Assembly: GCA_002938125.1 (NCBI GenBank)
Contig: PTLN01000003.1
Location: 1 to 39,380 of the forward strand
Direction of reading: 5' to 3'
Length of the DNA stretch: 39,380 nucleotides
Origin: Alphaproteobacteria bacterium MarineAlpha2_Bin1
GTDB taxonomy: Bacteria; Pseudomonadota; Alphaproteobacteria; SHVP01
A program made the position numbers and the translations under genes. This document shows positions 9,482-19,042 of the stretch, piece by piece (the first letter of the stretch is position 1; each line of letters starts with the position of its first letter). Under the pieces are notes generated by a model. The model did no database searches. It was not told the origin of the DNA and saw only the letters and a list, made by a program, of their open reading frames with translations.

Positions 9482-9895
9482 ATGATTGAAGAATTTAACG
9501 GGGTATTTTTCCTAATAATATATATAATTTTATTCATTGGCTTTATTTATTATGCTTTCCAAACTTTGTTTGCAACAGCTAAATTTATTGAAAAATATAG
9601 TATAGATCAGTCGGGAGCATTTATGGTTCGTTTTGTGGGAACTTTTATTTCAGCTTTTGCTCTCATACAGTTATATATATTTTTTGATGGTATAGAAGGT
9701 CACTGGGCTTTTTTTCTATTTGGTTTATTGCAGTCTGTAATAGCATTTGTATCAAATCTGATTACAGTAGAGTTTTCAGATTATAAGACTAATAAAGGGG
9801 AAAAAATTACAAAGGAAGGTTATATAGCTCCACTTGTATTTACAATTTTATGGGTGATTTTAATCTATGGTGTGCAGGAAAAGATTTATGTGTAG
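9482..9895 (+). CDS. Hypothetical four-helix membrane protein
   Basis: Four hydrophobic segments; GGGAG SD at 9469-9473 favours ATG 9482 over 9467. Confidence 0.7.
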   Translation: MIEEFNGVFFLIIYIILFIGFIYYAFQTLFATAKFIEKYSIDQSGAFMVRFVGTFISAFALIQLYIFFDGIEGHWAFFLFGLLQSVIAFVSNLITVEFSDYKTNKGEKITKEGYIAPLVFTILWVILIYGVQEKIYV

Positions 9896-9917
9896 CCTTT
9901 AAACCTAACTAGTAAGT

Positions 9918-10568
9918 TTGAAAAGTAATTATATTGATATTTATTGTGAGAGAACTGGCCCAGAATTTTGGTCTGAGCCAGTTAATGCTCTCACAAACAT
10001 TGCTTTTATTTTGTCATCATTATTTTTATCAGTTTATTTAATAAAAAAAAAATCAAAGAAATTTGACCTCGTAAATTGGATTTTTATTTTTTTAATTTTT
10101 TTAATAGGCTTAGGTAGTTGGTCCTTCCATACTTTTGCTAATACAGTTTCACTTTTATCTGATATTATTCCGATTGGTATTTTTATTGTCCTTTATACCT
10201 GGTTTACTTTTCAAAGATTAGTGTATATTAACTGGTATTTCCCATATGTTGCTGTATTAAGTATTCTTATATTATCATTTCTATTATCATTTATACCATT
10301 GTACGGAAGTCAATCTTATCTTGGTGCTCTAATTTTTTTATTTTTAGTTGGTATATATTGTAAAATTTATAGAAATTTAAAATTTTCATCTTCTTTGATT
10401 TTTGCGAGTTTTATTTTACTTGTATCAATAATATTTAGGACTACCGATATGTATATTTGCAAAAACTTTTTTGTTGGAAGCCATTTCATTTGGCATATTC
10501 TAAATTCAATTTTATTATTTATCGTTACAAAAGTAATGATTGATTATGGCCGTAAAAAGAGTAATTAA
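9918..10568 (+). CDS. Ceramidase-domain (CREST superfamily) membrane hydrolase
   Basis: YCER...SEPVNALTN, GSWSFH (SxxxH), SDIIP, SHFIWH (HxxxH); about 7 TM helices; TTG start. Confidence 0.8.
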   Translation: MKSNYIDIYCERTGPEFWSEPVNALTNIAFILSSLFLSVYLIKKKSKKFDLVNWIFIFLIFLIGLGSWSFHTFANTVSLLSDIIPIGIFIVLYTWFTFQRLVYINWYFPYVAVLSILILSFLLSFIPLYGSQSYLGALIFLFLVGIYCKIYRNLKFSSSLIFASFILLVSIIFRTTDMYICKNFFVGSHFIWHILNSILLFIVTKVMIDYGRKKSN

Positions 10569-10570
10569 AT

Positions 10571-11797
10571 TTACTTAATAATATTCCTAATTAGTTTTTT
10601 TTCCCAATCTATTCTTTCTTCCCAATTTTCAAGTTTATCTATATAATCTCTTGGATAAGATTGAAGTTTTAATAAGTTTTCTGGATTGTCAACTAGTTGT
10701 TGTAATTGTAATTTCAAAGATTTTTGAAAGTTTTTTAAAGGTAGTTTTATACATATTTGATCTGGGATATACATAAAAGTGTTGGTGTCTCTATGATTCT
10801 TATAATCTGCTTCGGGTAAGATAAAGGAAAGACCTGCTGCTAGAGCCTCAAGGTTTGAGTTAGATAAGTTGCCCATGATATTAAATGAGATATATAAATT
10901 ACACTTAAGTAATATTTCAGTAACTTTATTATGTGGTACTGAACCGTAAAAAATAAAGTTAGATCCGTCGCTTGAATCTCTTGCTTTATTTTTTAATTCT
11001 TCAAGATTATCACCATCACCAATAATGTGTACAATTATATTTTTTTTATATTTATCCTCTAATGAAAGGAATGTTTCAATTATTTCAGTAGTCTGCTTAT
11101 AAGGGTCAATTCTTCCTAAAATAGCAATATTAATCTTGTCAATTAGCATATTCGGATCTTTTGTTTTTAAGGGTTTATCAACACCATTTATTTTAATTTC
11201 CCTCGGAGTTTTTTTATTTAGAATTTGGTTCAAAAAATTAGCTATACCACTTCCATCTTCTGTCCCAATTACTAATGAAAATGGTGAGTTATAACACCAT
11301 CTATCAATTTTTTGTGTTATTGATTTACCATTAAGCATTTTTTTCATTGAAGGTGTTACGCCGAGAACTCTTAATATTACAGGTGTATTAGTAAATCGAG
11401 AGATTATTGATCCAGCTAAAATATTTGATCTATCAACGTAAAAGATATCTGGTTTAAATTTTTTATGGAATTTCCAAACTTTTATAGTTTGTCTGATTGA
11501 ACTTATATGTCCTCTGTATCTACCAAATATTCTTGGTATTTTTTTTACTCCTGTTAAAACTATTGTATTTGCCTCTAACCCTTTAATTTTAATTTTTTTA
11601 TCACTTATTTCATCCCATATATCTTTATAAGAGAAGCCTGATTCTTTTGCAGTAAATATTATTGATACTTCATTATTATCTTCTGCAAACGTCTCTATTA
11701 ATTTATATATTGCAGGTGAACCGCTTGGGTTCCAATTAGTTTCAATTATACTATTTTTAAACCCGCTCATTAATCTGCAATTGATTAATATCTTCAT
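10571..11797 (-). CDS. Glycosyltransferase family 4 (GT-B)
   Basis: MKIL start, KPDIFYV, NGVD, GRIDPYK, IIGDG, GSVPH, LEALAAG; ATG 11797 or TTG 11803. Confidence 0.85.
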   Translation of the reverse strand: MKILINCRLMSGFKNSIIETNWNPSGSPAIYKLIETFAEDNNEVSIIFTAKESGFSYKDIWDEISDKKIKIKGLEANTIVLTGVKKIPRIFGRYRGHISSIRQTIKVWKFHKKFKPDIFYVDRSNILAGSIISRFTNTPVILRVLGVTPSMKKMLNGKSITQKIDRWCYNSPFSLVIGTEDGSGIANFLNQILNKKTPREIKINGVDKPLKTKDPNMLIDKINIAILGRIDPYKQTTEIIETFLSLEDKYKKNIIVHIIGDGDNLEELKNKARDSSDGSNFIFYGSVPHNKVTEILLKCNLYISFNIMGNLSNSNLEALAAGLSFILPEADYKNHRDTNTFMYIPDQICIKLPLKNFQKSLKLQLQQLVDNPENLLKLQSYPRDYIDKLENWEERIDWEKKLIRNIIK

Positions 11798-11840
11798 CTT
11801 CAAATCTACTACATTTCTCTCGTTTCAATTTTTAATAACT

Positions 11841-13112
11841 TTAATTAGCACTGACTTTAATTATATCTTGCCATCTAGTGGTAAATTTAGAGGATACATT
11901 ATGTTGTTTCATTTTCCATTCAGATTTTTTACTTTTTATTCCTAATTCTAAACAATTTCTTCCAAATTTTTCGTTAATTTTATCAATTGCTTCCATTAAC
12001 CGATAATTTTCTTTTTTAGCATCGGGAAAGAAACCAGGTATAATTGTTTGTTTGGGGAAAAGATCAAGTAATAAAATACCTCCTTTTCTATATAAATAAT
12101 TTTCTTTCCACAGTCTATTAAATATTTTTCGTGCTTCTAGTACTAGTATTATACTATCAGACGTTGGCGTTATTAGAGTATTTGTTGCACTGTTAGAGTA
12201 CTGTTTAGTATTTTTATTAAATCTATCTGTAGATATAAAGACTTGGATGGACTGACATGCTAGTTTTTTTTTTCGAATTTTTGATGCTGCTATTTGTACA
12301 AATAGCCTGATGGCATCAAATACTTTTTCCTTTTCTCTGACTTCTTTACCAAAAGTACGAGAGCAACGGACAGATTTATTTTGTATTGGTTCTACTTCTA
12401 ATCTATGACAGGGTATACCCTTTATTTCTTTCAGAGTTCTTAGTCCTGTGATACCCATTTTTTTACGTACCCAGTGCTCAGAAGATTTTTTGAGTTCTAA
12501 AGCATTACGGATTTTATTTACATGAAGCATTTTAGACCATTGTCTTCCTATGCCCCAAATATCTTCGATATGTATATTTTGTAAAATCCTATCTATTTTA
12601 TTATCATTTATATTATGAAGGCTAAAAACTCCTTTAGTTGCTATATCTGATTTTGCTATTTTATTAGCAACTTTGGCCAATGTTTTAGTAGGTCCAATTC
12701 CTATTGATACCGGTATTCCTACCCATTTAAATATTGTTTGACGTATTTTTTCACACCATTTAACTGGATCATTTGTAATTAATTTGAGATCAAGAAAGCA
12801 TTCATCAATACTATATATTTCAATATCTGGGCACTTTTCTGCTAATATGCTCATTACCCTTGATGACATATCTCCGTAAAGTGCGTAATTAGATGAAAAC
12901 GTAATTATATCATGTTTTTGAATGATATCTTTTATTTTGAAAACAGGCACACCCATACTAATACCAAGTTTTTTTGCTTCTTGGGATCGTGCTATCACAC
13001 ATCCATCGTTATTGGAAAGGACTATTAAAGGCTTTTCATTTAATTCTGGTTGGAATACTCTTTCACAAGATGCATAGAAGTTATTACAGTCAATTAAGGC
13101 AAACATCGACAT
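11841..13112 (-). CDS. umuC: Y-family DNA polymerase V subunit UmuC
   Basis: FALIDCNNFYASCERVF, VLSNNDGC, SSNYALYGDMS, YSIDE, C-terminal W.MKQ...S.KFTTRW. Confidence 0.95.
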   Translation of the reverse strand: MSMFALIDCNNFYASCERVFQPELNEKPLIVLSNNDGCVIARSQEAKKLGISMGVPVFKIKDIIQKHDIITFSSNYALYGDMSSRVMSILAEKCPDIEIYSIDECFLDLKLITNDPVKWCEKIRQTIFKWVGIPVSIGIGPTKTLAKVANKIAKSDIATKGVFSLHNINDNKIDRILQNIHIEDIWGIGRQWSKMLHVNKIRNALELKKSSEHWVRKKMGITGLRTLKEIKGIPCHRLEVEPIQNKSVRCSRTFGKEVREKEKVFDAIRLFVQIAASKIRKKKLACQSIQVFISTDRFNKNTKQYSNSATNTLITPTSDSIILVLEARKIFNRLWKENYLYRKGGILLLDLFPKQTIIPGFFPDAKKENYRLMEAIDKINEKFGRNCLELGIKSKKSEWKMKQHNVSSKFTTRWQDIIKVSAN

Positions 13113-13116
13113 TTTA

Positions 13117-13539
13117 CTATCGGTTATAATGTTTTCTTATACTATGGATCACGACTCCCCAAATTTCACATCCATTTTCATCAATAGGTATGTCAGGAAA
13201 TAAACTATTTTCAGCAGATAATAACCAAGAATCATTTATTTTCTTGAGACGCTTTAAAGTAAGATCACCTTGAATAACTGCAATAACAATATCTTTCTCT
13301 TGTGGATAAAGACTTCTATCAACAATCAGTAGATCTCCATTAAATATTCCTGAGTTTTTCATCGATTCACCTTCAACGCGCGCAAAAAAAGTAGCTGCTG
13401 GCTTTTTTATTAAATATTCATTTAAATCTAATTTACCCTCAGTATGGTCATCTGCTGGACTAGGGAATCCTGCAGAAACGTTAGATCCATACACAATTAA
13501 TGGCATTTTGGAAGGCTTTTTATTGGCAAATAAAATCAT
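13117..13539 (-). CDS. umuD: DNA polymerase V autoproteolytic subunit UmuD (S24 peptidase)
   Basis: AGFPSPA cleavage site, GESM catalytic Ser, TLKRL catalytic Lys; no HTH; directly upstream of umuC; AGAGGA SD. Confidence 0.95.
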   Translation of the reverse strand: MILFANKKPSKMPLIVYGSNVSAGFPSPADDHTEGKLDLNEYLIKKPAATFFARVEGESMKNSGIFNGDLLIVDRSLYPQEKDIVIAVIQGDLTLKRLKKINDSWLLSAENSLFPDIPIDENGCEIWGVVIHSIRKHYNR

Positions 13540-13561
13540 AGATATCCTCTAATTATAACTA

Positions 13562-13576
13562 GAACAAATCATGAAC
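13562..13576 (-). promoter_or_regulatory. Alphaproteobacterial LexA (SOS) box GTTC-N7-GTTC
   Basis: Minus strand reads GTTCATGATTTGTTC, an exact match, 22 nt upstream of the umuD start. Confidence 0.9.
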
Positions 13577-13595
13577 ATATGTTATAAATTGTCAA
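13568..13595 (-). promoter_or_regulatory. sigma70-type promoter of umuDC
   Basis: Perfect TTGACA (13595-13590), 16-nt spacer, then CATGAT (13573-13568) lying inside the LexA box. Confidence 0.65.
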
Positions 13596-13644
13596 GGAAG
13601 TTTATAAAAAATTATATTCTTAATGATTATTTTGGGTAAAAAAG

Positions 13645-14220
13645 TTGATAGAAAAGCAAAAAATACCAGAAACAAATATATTTCTATACAGAGGTTTCTA
13701 TTCAAATCAAGAAACTTTAGAAGTAATGAAAGAATTAAAGAAAGAAATAGAATGGAAAGAAGTAAAAATAAAGTTATTTGGAAAAGAGTATTTATCACCA
13801 AGGTTAAGTGCTTGGTATGGAGAAAAATCATATAAGTACTCCGGGTATAGATGGGAACAGAGGCCCTGTCCTAAAAGCATAATAAGAATAAAAAAAAATA
13901 TTGAAAAATTAACATTGCTAAAATTTAATGGTGTATTAGCAAACTTATATAGAAGTGGTCAGGATTCAATGGGTTGGCACTCAGATGATGAGAAAGAACT
14001 AGGATCTCAACCTATAATTGCTTCGATAGTTTTTGGGGCAACAAGAAGATTCTTACTGAGAGATAAAAAAATAAAAAATAAGAAAAAAGAAATTAAATTT
14101 GAAGATGGAGATCTTATGTTGATGGGTTCCGGTGTCCAAAAGTGTTGGGAGCATTCAATACCAAAAACAGCAAAGAGCGTAGGAGAAAGAATAAATTTAA
14201 CATTTAGATTAATTTATTAA
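13645..14220 (+). CDS. alkB: AlkB-family 2-oxoglutarate/Fe(II) dioxygenase (ALKBH2/3-like)
   Basis: PRLSAWYG, LANLYRSGQDSMGWHSDDE (HxD), WEHSIPK, RINLTFR; TTG start. Confidence 0.88.
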   Translation: MIEKQKIPETNIFLYRGFYSNQETLEVMKELKKEIEWKEVKIKLFGKEYLSPRLSAWYGEKSYKYSGYRWEQRPCPKSIIRIKKNIEKLTLLKFNGVLANLYRSGQDSMGWHSDDEKELGSQPIIASIVFGATRRFLLRDKKIKNKKKEIKFEDGDLMLMGSGVQKCWEHSIPKTAKSVGERINLTFRLIY

Positions 14221-14231
14221 TGGGCTATAAA

Positions 14232-14606
14232 TCATAAAAAGGGGTTAATATTTTTCTTTGTATTTGTATAAATGCGATTTTGAGCAGGTTGTGGGTTTAG
14301 TTTATCGATTAGTTTGGATAGAAGATCTGAGAGCTGGTCGTACCTTGAAGCTTTTTCTGAGGCTCTGATTGACTCAATTCTAGACTTGGATAAGTCTAGA
14401 ATCGCTTTATCGTATTTTACTTGTATATCTATTTTTTCTTTTTTTAAAAATTCTATTTGATCTTTATAGTCATTTATTCTTTCTTCTGAAGAAGACTTAA
14501 TTTCTGATATTATTGACCTATAAACATTATCCTTATCTTGGATAATTTTTTCATAAAGTTTATCAACCTTGTCTGAAGTTTCAGTATTGCTAAGAATACG
14601 ATTCAT
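14232..14606 (-). CDS. Hypothetical coiled-coil protein
   Basis: 124 aa, charged with heptad-like periodicity; fills the gap between alkB and the aminotransferase; AAAGGA upstream. Confidence 0.65.
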   Translation of the reverse strand: MNRILSNTETSDKVDKLYEKIIQDKDNVYRSIISEIKSSSEERINDYKDQIEFLKKEKIDIQVKYDKAILDLSKSRIESIRASEKASRYDQLSDLLSKLIDKLNPQPAQNRIYTNTKKNINPFL

Positions 14607-14736
14607 AATAAAAAATAATTTCCTTTATAGTACGCCAAAAAAATAATATTATACTGTAAGACTACTTCATATAATTAAATTTTCAAAAAAGTTTTTATGG
14701 TTAATATAAATAATATATAAAAAATTCGGAGGTAAT

Positions 14737-15621
14737 ATGGCTGAAAATTCAATAATTTATATAAATGGTGAGTTTACGCCTCTAGCTGAAGCAAAAATTT
14801 CGGTGCTTGATCAAGGTTTTCTGCTTGGGGATGCTGTTTTTGATGTGGTTTCAGCATGGAATGGATACATATTTAAATTAGATGAACATCTAGATAGGTT
14901 TGAAGACTCATTGAGAGCAACAAGAATGAATTGCTCGTTAGACAAACAAGGCTGGTATAAAGCAATTATAGATACAGTAAAGTTAAATAATCTAAAAAAT
15001 GCAAGTATAAGGTTTATTGCAACCAGAGGTATATCAAAAGAAGTAATTGCAGATCCAAGAGATAATTCTCCTACTGAAATTATTTGGGTAGCTCCATATG
15101 TTTTTCTAGCTGATGAAATTGGGAGGCAAGAAGGAATAAAATTGATGATTAGCCATTTAAGAGGTTTTACACCAGATACTTTAGATCCCAGGTACAAATG
15201 TGTTGATCGTCTACATTACCAGTTAGCTAAAATGGAGGCTTTAGATGCTGGATATGATGATTTAATTTGGTTGGATAATAATGGGTATGTTGCTGAAGGA
15301 CCTGCTTCAAATATATTTGTTATTAAAAATGGAATTATGTATACACCAGGTGATGGTATTTTAAGAGGTATAACGCGTCAGGTTTTTATTGATTTAGCAA
15401 AAAGTATAAATATAGAGGTTAAGTTATGCAATATTTCTACTTTTGATTTATTTGCTGCTGATGAAATATTTACTACTAGCACAGCTGGAGGAGCATTACC
15501 AATTAAAGAAGTTTCTGGAAGAAAAGTAAGAGACTCAGTTCCAGGTACTATTACAAAAAAATTGGACTCTTTGTATTGGAAACTCAGAGAGTCAGGAGAG
15601 GGAGCTACGCTAATTAACTAA
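14737..15621 (+). CDS. Fold-type IV PLP-dependent aminotransferase (IlvE/DAAT/R-ATA family)
   Basis: YINGEF, LDQGF..GDAVFDV, HLDRF, PLP Lys in DPRYK (Lys154), AEGPASNIF, ILRGITR, ADEIFTTSTAGG; GGAGGT SD. Confidence 0.92.
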   Translation: MAENSIIYINGEFTPLAEAKISVLDQGFLLGDAVFDVVSAWNGYIFKLDEHLDRFEDSLRATRMNCSLDKQGWYKAIIDTVKLNNLKNASIRFIATRGISKEVIADPRDNSPTEIIWVAPYVFLADEIGRQEGIKLMISHLRGFTPDTLDPRYKCVDRLHYQLAKMEALDAGYDDLIWLDNNGYVAEGPASNIFVIKNGIMYTPGDGILRGITRQVFIDLAKSINIEVKLCNISTFDLFAADEIFTTSTAGGALPIKEVSGRKVRDSVPGTITKKLDSLYWKLRESGEGATLIN

Positions 15622-15639
15622 ATTTTTTTGTATGAATAA

Positions 15640-16797
15640 TTATAATGCAGATTCGTAAATATGAAATGCATCTTTTTCTGTTAAATCTCTTGGATTATTA
15701 ACAAGAAGTCGAGTTTGATTCATTGCCTCTTTGGCTAACATGTTTAATGATTCGCTTTTTATTCCAACTTCACTAAGTTTTTGTTGCAGGCCGCACCTTT
15801 TTGATAAGTTACTCAGATTTTCAACAAATTCTTGTGCTATCTCTTGGTTACTATTTCCTTTTAAATTTGGAAAGACACAATAAGCAATTTCTGTATAAAT
15901 ATGAGGTTTTGTAATAGCGTTGAATTTTAAAACATGAGGCAGAACTAGAGCATTTGATAAACCATGTGGAACTTTAAAGTGTCCACCTATTGGGTAAGCT
16001 AAAGCATGAACAGCTGCGACTGGAGAATTTGCAAAAGCTTGTCCAGCAAACATTGATCCTAGTAACATGTTTGATCTAGCTTCAATATTAGAACCATTAT
16101 GTACAGCTAATTCAATAGATTTCCCCATTAATCTAAGTGCTTTTTTTGCCAAGCTTCTAGAAATAGGGTTATTATTTTGACTTTTTGATGTGTAAGCCTC
16201 AATAGCATGAACCATTGCGTCAATCCCTGTCGCAGCTGTAATATGTGGAGGTAGACCTAGAGTCAGTTCAGGATCTAAAATTGCAGCGTCTGGAATTATT
16301 TTATTTGAAACTACTCCCATTTTTTCACTTGTACCTGTTGTTACAATAGATACAGGTGTAACCTCTGAACCAGTCCCTGCTGTCGTAGGAATTAGTATTA
16401 GCGGAAGTCTATAGCCTTTAATTTTGTCTATACCATAAATTTCATTTAATTTTTCTTGTCCCTTCGATAAAACAGCCGTAACTTTAGCAACATCCAAAGA
16501 AGATCCTCCGCCTATTCCTATGACCCCATCAACAGATTTTTCAATACAGAGTTTTGTTGACTCTAATATGTTAGACTCCGGGGGGTCAGCCTGAACATCT
16601 GAAAAAATAGTAAAGTCTACATTTGCTTCTTTTAGGCTATGAAGCGCTTTTTCGATAATACCAGTTTCTATAATACCCTTATCTGTAATAATTAATATTT
16701 TCCTTCCAATTTTTTTTAAAGTAATATTACCAAGCTCTTCCAAACATCCAGAGCCAAATTTTATAAGAGGTGTAGTATTAAATTCAAAATGCTGCAT
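15640..16797 (-). CDS. Iron-containing (group III) alcohol dehydrogenase
   Basis: GIGGGSSLDVAK, IPTTAGTGSEVT, GIDAMVHAIE, AVHALAY, VPHGLSNA. Confidence 0.93.
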   Translation of the reverse strand: MQHFEFNTTPLIKFGSGCLEELGNITLKKIGRKILIITDKGIIETGIIEKALHSLKEANVDFTIFSDVQADPPESNILESTKLCIEKSVDGVIGIGGGSSLDVAKVTAVLSKGQEKLNEIYGIDKIKGYRLPLILIPTTAGTGSEVTPVSIVTTGTSEKMGVVSNKIIPDAAILDPELTLGLPPHITAATGIDAMVHAIEAYTSKSQNNNPISRSLAKKALRLMGKSIELAVHNGSNIEARSNMLLGSMFAGQAFANSPVAAVHALAYPIGGHFKVPHGLSNALVLPHVLKFNAITKPHIYTEIAYCVFPNLKGNSNQEIAQEFVENLSNLSKRCGLQQKLSEVGIKSESLNMLAKEAMNQTRLLVNNPRDLTEKDAFHIYESAL

Positions 16798-16932
16798 AAG
16801 TTTTCTCTATATTTTTTTAATAATTAGAATTAAATTTTTTGTTGTGTATTTTTGTAATAAATTTATAATCTTTTTTAGATAAATTCTACAAATATTATTT
16901 ATTTTATAAAAAAAAATTTAGTTGATTTGGAT

Positions 16933-18240
16933 ATGGTAAAATATTTAAAAAAAAGTAAATCTCATGCTGAGAGATCAGTTGACGATATGAAAATTAGGAA
17001 AGTAGTAGAAAACCTTTTACTTGATATTGATAAAAGGGGTGACGAAGCTATCTTTGAAATGTCAAAGAAATTCGATAATTATACTCCGGATAGTTTTCTA
17101 TTGTCAGAAAATCAAATTAACGATGCAATCTCAAAAGTTTCTAAGAGAGACCTAGATGATATCTTGTTTGCCCAAGAACAAATAAGACAATTTGCAAACA
17201 AACAAATGGATAGTTTAAATGATATAGAGGTCGAAACATTACCTGGTGTAATTCTAGGTCATAAAAATATCCCTGTTGACTCTGTTGGCTGCTATGTGCC
17301 TGGGGGAAAATTTCCTATGGTAGCTTCGGCTCATATGTCAGTTGTGACAGCAAAGGTTGCAGGAGTTAAAAGAATTGCTTCAACTGCTCCTGTTCATAAT
17401 GGAGAGCCAAATCCTGCTATTATAGCAGCTATGCATTTTGGTGGAGCAAATGAAATTTATACTTTAGGTGGGGTTCAGGCTGTAGGCGCATTAGCGTTGG
17501 GTACTAAAAATATAAAACCAGTTGATATGTTGGTTGGTCCTGGCAATGCCTATGTGGCTGAGGCAAAAAGGCAACTTTATGGAAGGGTTGGTATAGACTT
17601 ATTTGCTGGTCCCACTGAAACTTTAATTATTGCTGATGAGACGGTTGATGGAGAAATATGTGCAACGGATTTATTAGGACAAGCAGAACATGGTTATAAC
17701 TCCCCTTGTATACTCTTAACTAACTCAGAAAAACTTGCAAATGAAACAATTAGACATGTCGATAGACTTCTTAAGATACTTCCTACGAGAGAAACAGCTA
17801 GTGAAAGTTGGAAAAATTTTGGTGAAGTAATTTTATGCTCTGATTATGATGAGATGGTAAAAATTTCTAATCAAATTTCATCAGAGCATGTTCAGGTTAT
17901 GACTGAGGATGATGATTATTTTTTAAATAATATGAGAAATTATGGAGCACTTTTTTTAGGACCAAGAACAAATGTTTCTAATGGAGATAAAGTCATTGGC
18001 ACTAATCATACCTTGCCAACAAAAAAAGCAGGTCGCTACACTGGTGGTTTATGGGTCGGTAAGTTTATAAAAACTCATACATATCAAAAAATACTCACCA
18101 ATGAGGCGGCTGTTAAAGTCGCAGAGTATTGCTCTAGGCTATGCATGTTAGAGGGATTTGTTGGTCATGCTGAGCAAGCAAATATTAGAATAAGAAGGTA
18201 TGGAGGCAAAAATATTCCATATGGAGAGGCCTCTGATTGA
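16933..18240 (+). CDS. hpsN: Sulfopropanediol (DHPS) 3-dehydrogenase, HisD-like
   Basis: HisD fold with HpsN-type signatures [75 protein letters not shown]. Followed by an SDR as in known hps clusters; no his genes nearby. ATG 16933 (TTG 16927 alternative). Confidence 0.88.
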   Translation: MVKYLKKSKSHAERSVDDMKIRKVVENLLLDIDKRGDEAIFEMSKKFDNYTPDSFLLSENQINDAISKVSKRDLDDILFAQEQIRQFANKQMDSLNDIEVETLPGVILGHKNIPVDSVGCYVPGGKFPMVASAHMSVVTAKVAGVKRIASTAPVHNGEPNPAIIAAMHFGGANEIYTLGGVQAVGALALGTKNIKPVDMLVGPGNAYVAEAKRQLYGRVGIDLFAGPTETLIIADETVDGEICATDLLGQAEHGYNSPCILLTNSEKLANETIRHVDRLLKILPTRETASESWKNFGEVILCSDYDEMVKISNQISSEHVQVMTEDDDYFLNNMRNYGALFLGPRTNVSNGDKVIGTNHTLPTKKAGRYTGGLWVGKFIKTHTYQKILTNEAAVKVAEYCSRLCMLEGFVGHAEQANIRIRRYGGKNIPYGEASD

Positions 18241-19004
18241 TTGACTTACCAAAAATACCCTCATTTCGCCTTGATGGTAAAAGAGCAGTTGTTGTTGGAG
18301 CTAGTAGTGGTATTGGCCTGGGTTGTGCAGTAGCTTTAGCTTCTGCTGGTGCTAGTGTCACGATAGTTTCTCGGAGAATTAATCTTTTGAGTAATATTGT
18401 TAATTCTATCAATCAAAAAGGTTGGAGATCTGATTCTCAAAAATTAGATATTACTGACGTGGTTGAAATAAATAATTTTTTTGAAATTCAAGAAACTTTT
18501 GATATTGCAGTATTTAGTGCTGGAATAGCGAAACATACCATAGCAATAGAAACTAATGAAAATGATTATGATAATGTTATGTCGGTTAATACAAAAGGAG
18601 CTTATTTTTTTGCTCAAGCTTTTGCAGAAAGATTGATTTCTCAAAATTCCCCAGGTTCATTAATTTTCATTTCAAGTCAGATGTCTAAAGTGGGAGGTCC
18701 TGAAAGAGCGGTTTATAGTGGATCTAAACACGCCTTAGAGGGTTTTCAAAAATCTATGGCAACTGAATGGGGGCCATATGGAATTAGGGTAAATTCCATT
18801 TGCCCAACATTTATACAAACTCCATTGACTGAAAGCACCTTCTCAAATAAAGAACGTTTAAGGTGGATTAAAGAAAAAATAAAATTAGGTAGAGTTGGAG
18901 AAGTTGAAGATATAATGGGTGCTGTAATTTTTTTGGCATCTGAGTCTTCATCTTTAATTACAGGTACGTCAATAGTGATTGATGGAGGTTGGACCTCTTC
19001 TTAG
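18237..19004 (+). CDS. hpsO: SDR oxidoreductase, probable DHPS 2-dehydrogenase HpsO
   Basis: [34 protein letters not shown]; 4-nt overlap with the hpsN stop. Confidence 0.75.
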   Translation: MIDLPKIPSFRLDGKRAVVVGASSGIGLGCAVALASAGASVTIVSRRINLLSNIVNSINQKGWRSDSQKLDITDVVEINNFFEIQETFDIAVFSAGIAKHTIAIETNENDYDNVMSVNTKGAYFFAQAFAERLISQNSPGSLIFISSQMSKVGGPERAVYSGSKHALEGFQKSMATEWGPYGIRVNSICPTFIQTPLTESTFSNKERLRWIKEKIKLGRVGEVEDIMGAVIFLASESSSLITGTSIVIDGGWTSS

Positions 19005-19042
19005 CATGAATACTATTAAAAATTTAAAAATAGCCAAACTAA

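Noticed and set aside
10043-12273. Homopolymer runs as phase-variation sites (A10 at 10043-10052, T10 at 12264-12273)
   Set aside because: Such runs are expected in very AT-rich DNA, encode Lys stretches and leave the frames intact.
13592-13835. Overlapping ORFs 13592-13831 (-) and 13623-13835 (+)
   Set aside because: They overlap alkB; their Leu/Phe-rich and Lys/Arg-rich composition is an artefact of A-rich sequence.
11841-14606. Mobile element or prophage origin of umuDC
   Set aside because: No integrase, transposase, att-like repeat or tRNA is nearby, and the operon carries a host-type LexA box.
16933-18240. Calling this gene hisD
   Set aside because: The signature motifs and the overlapping SDR fit HpsN, and no histidine biosynthesis genes are adjacent.
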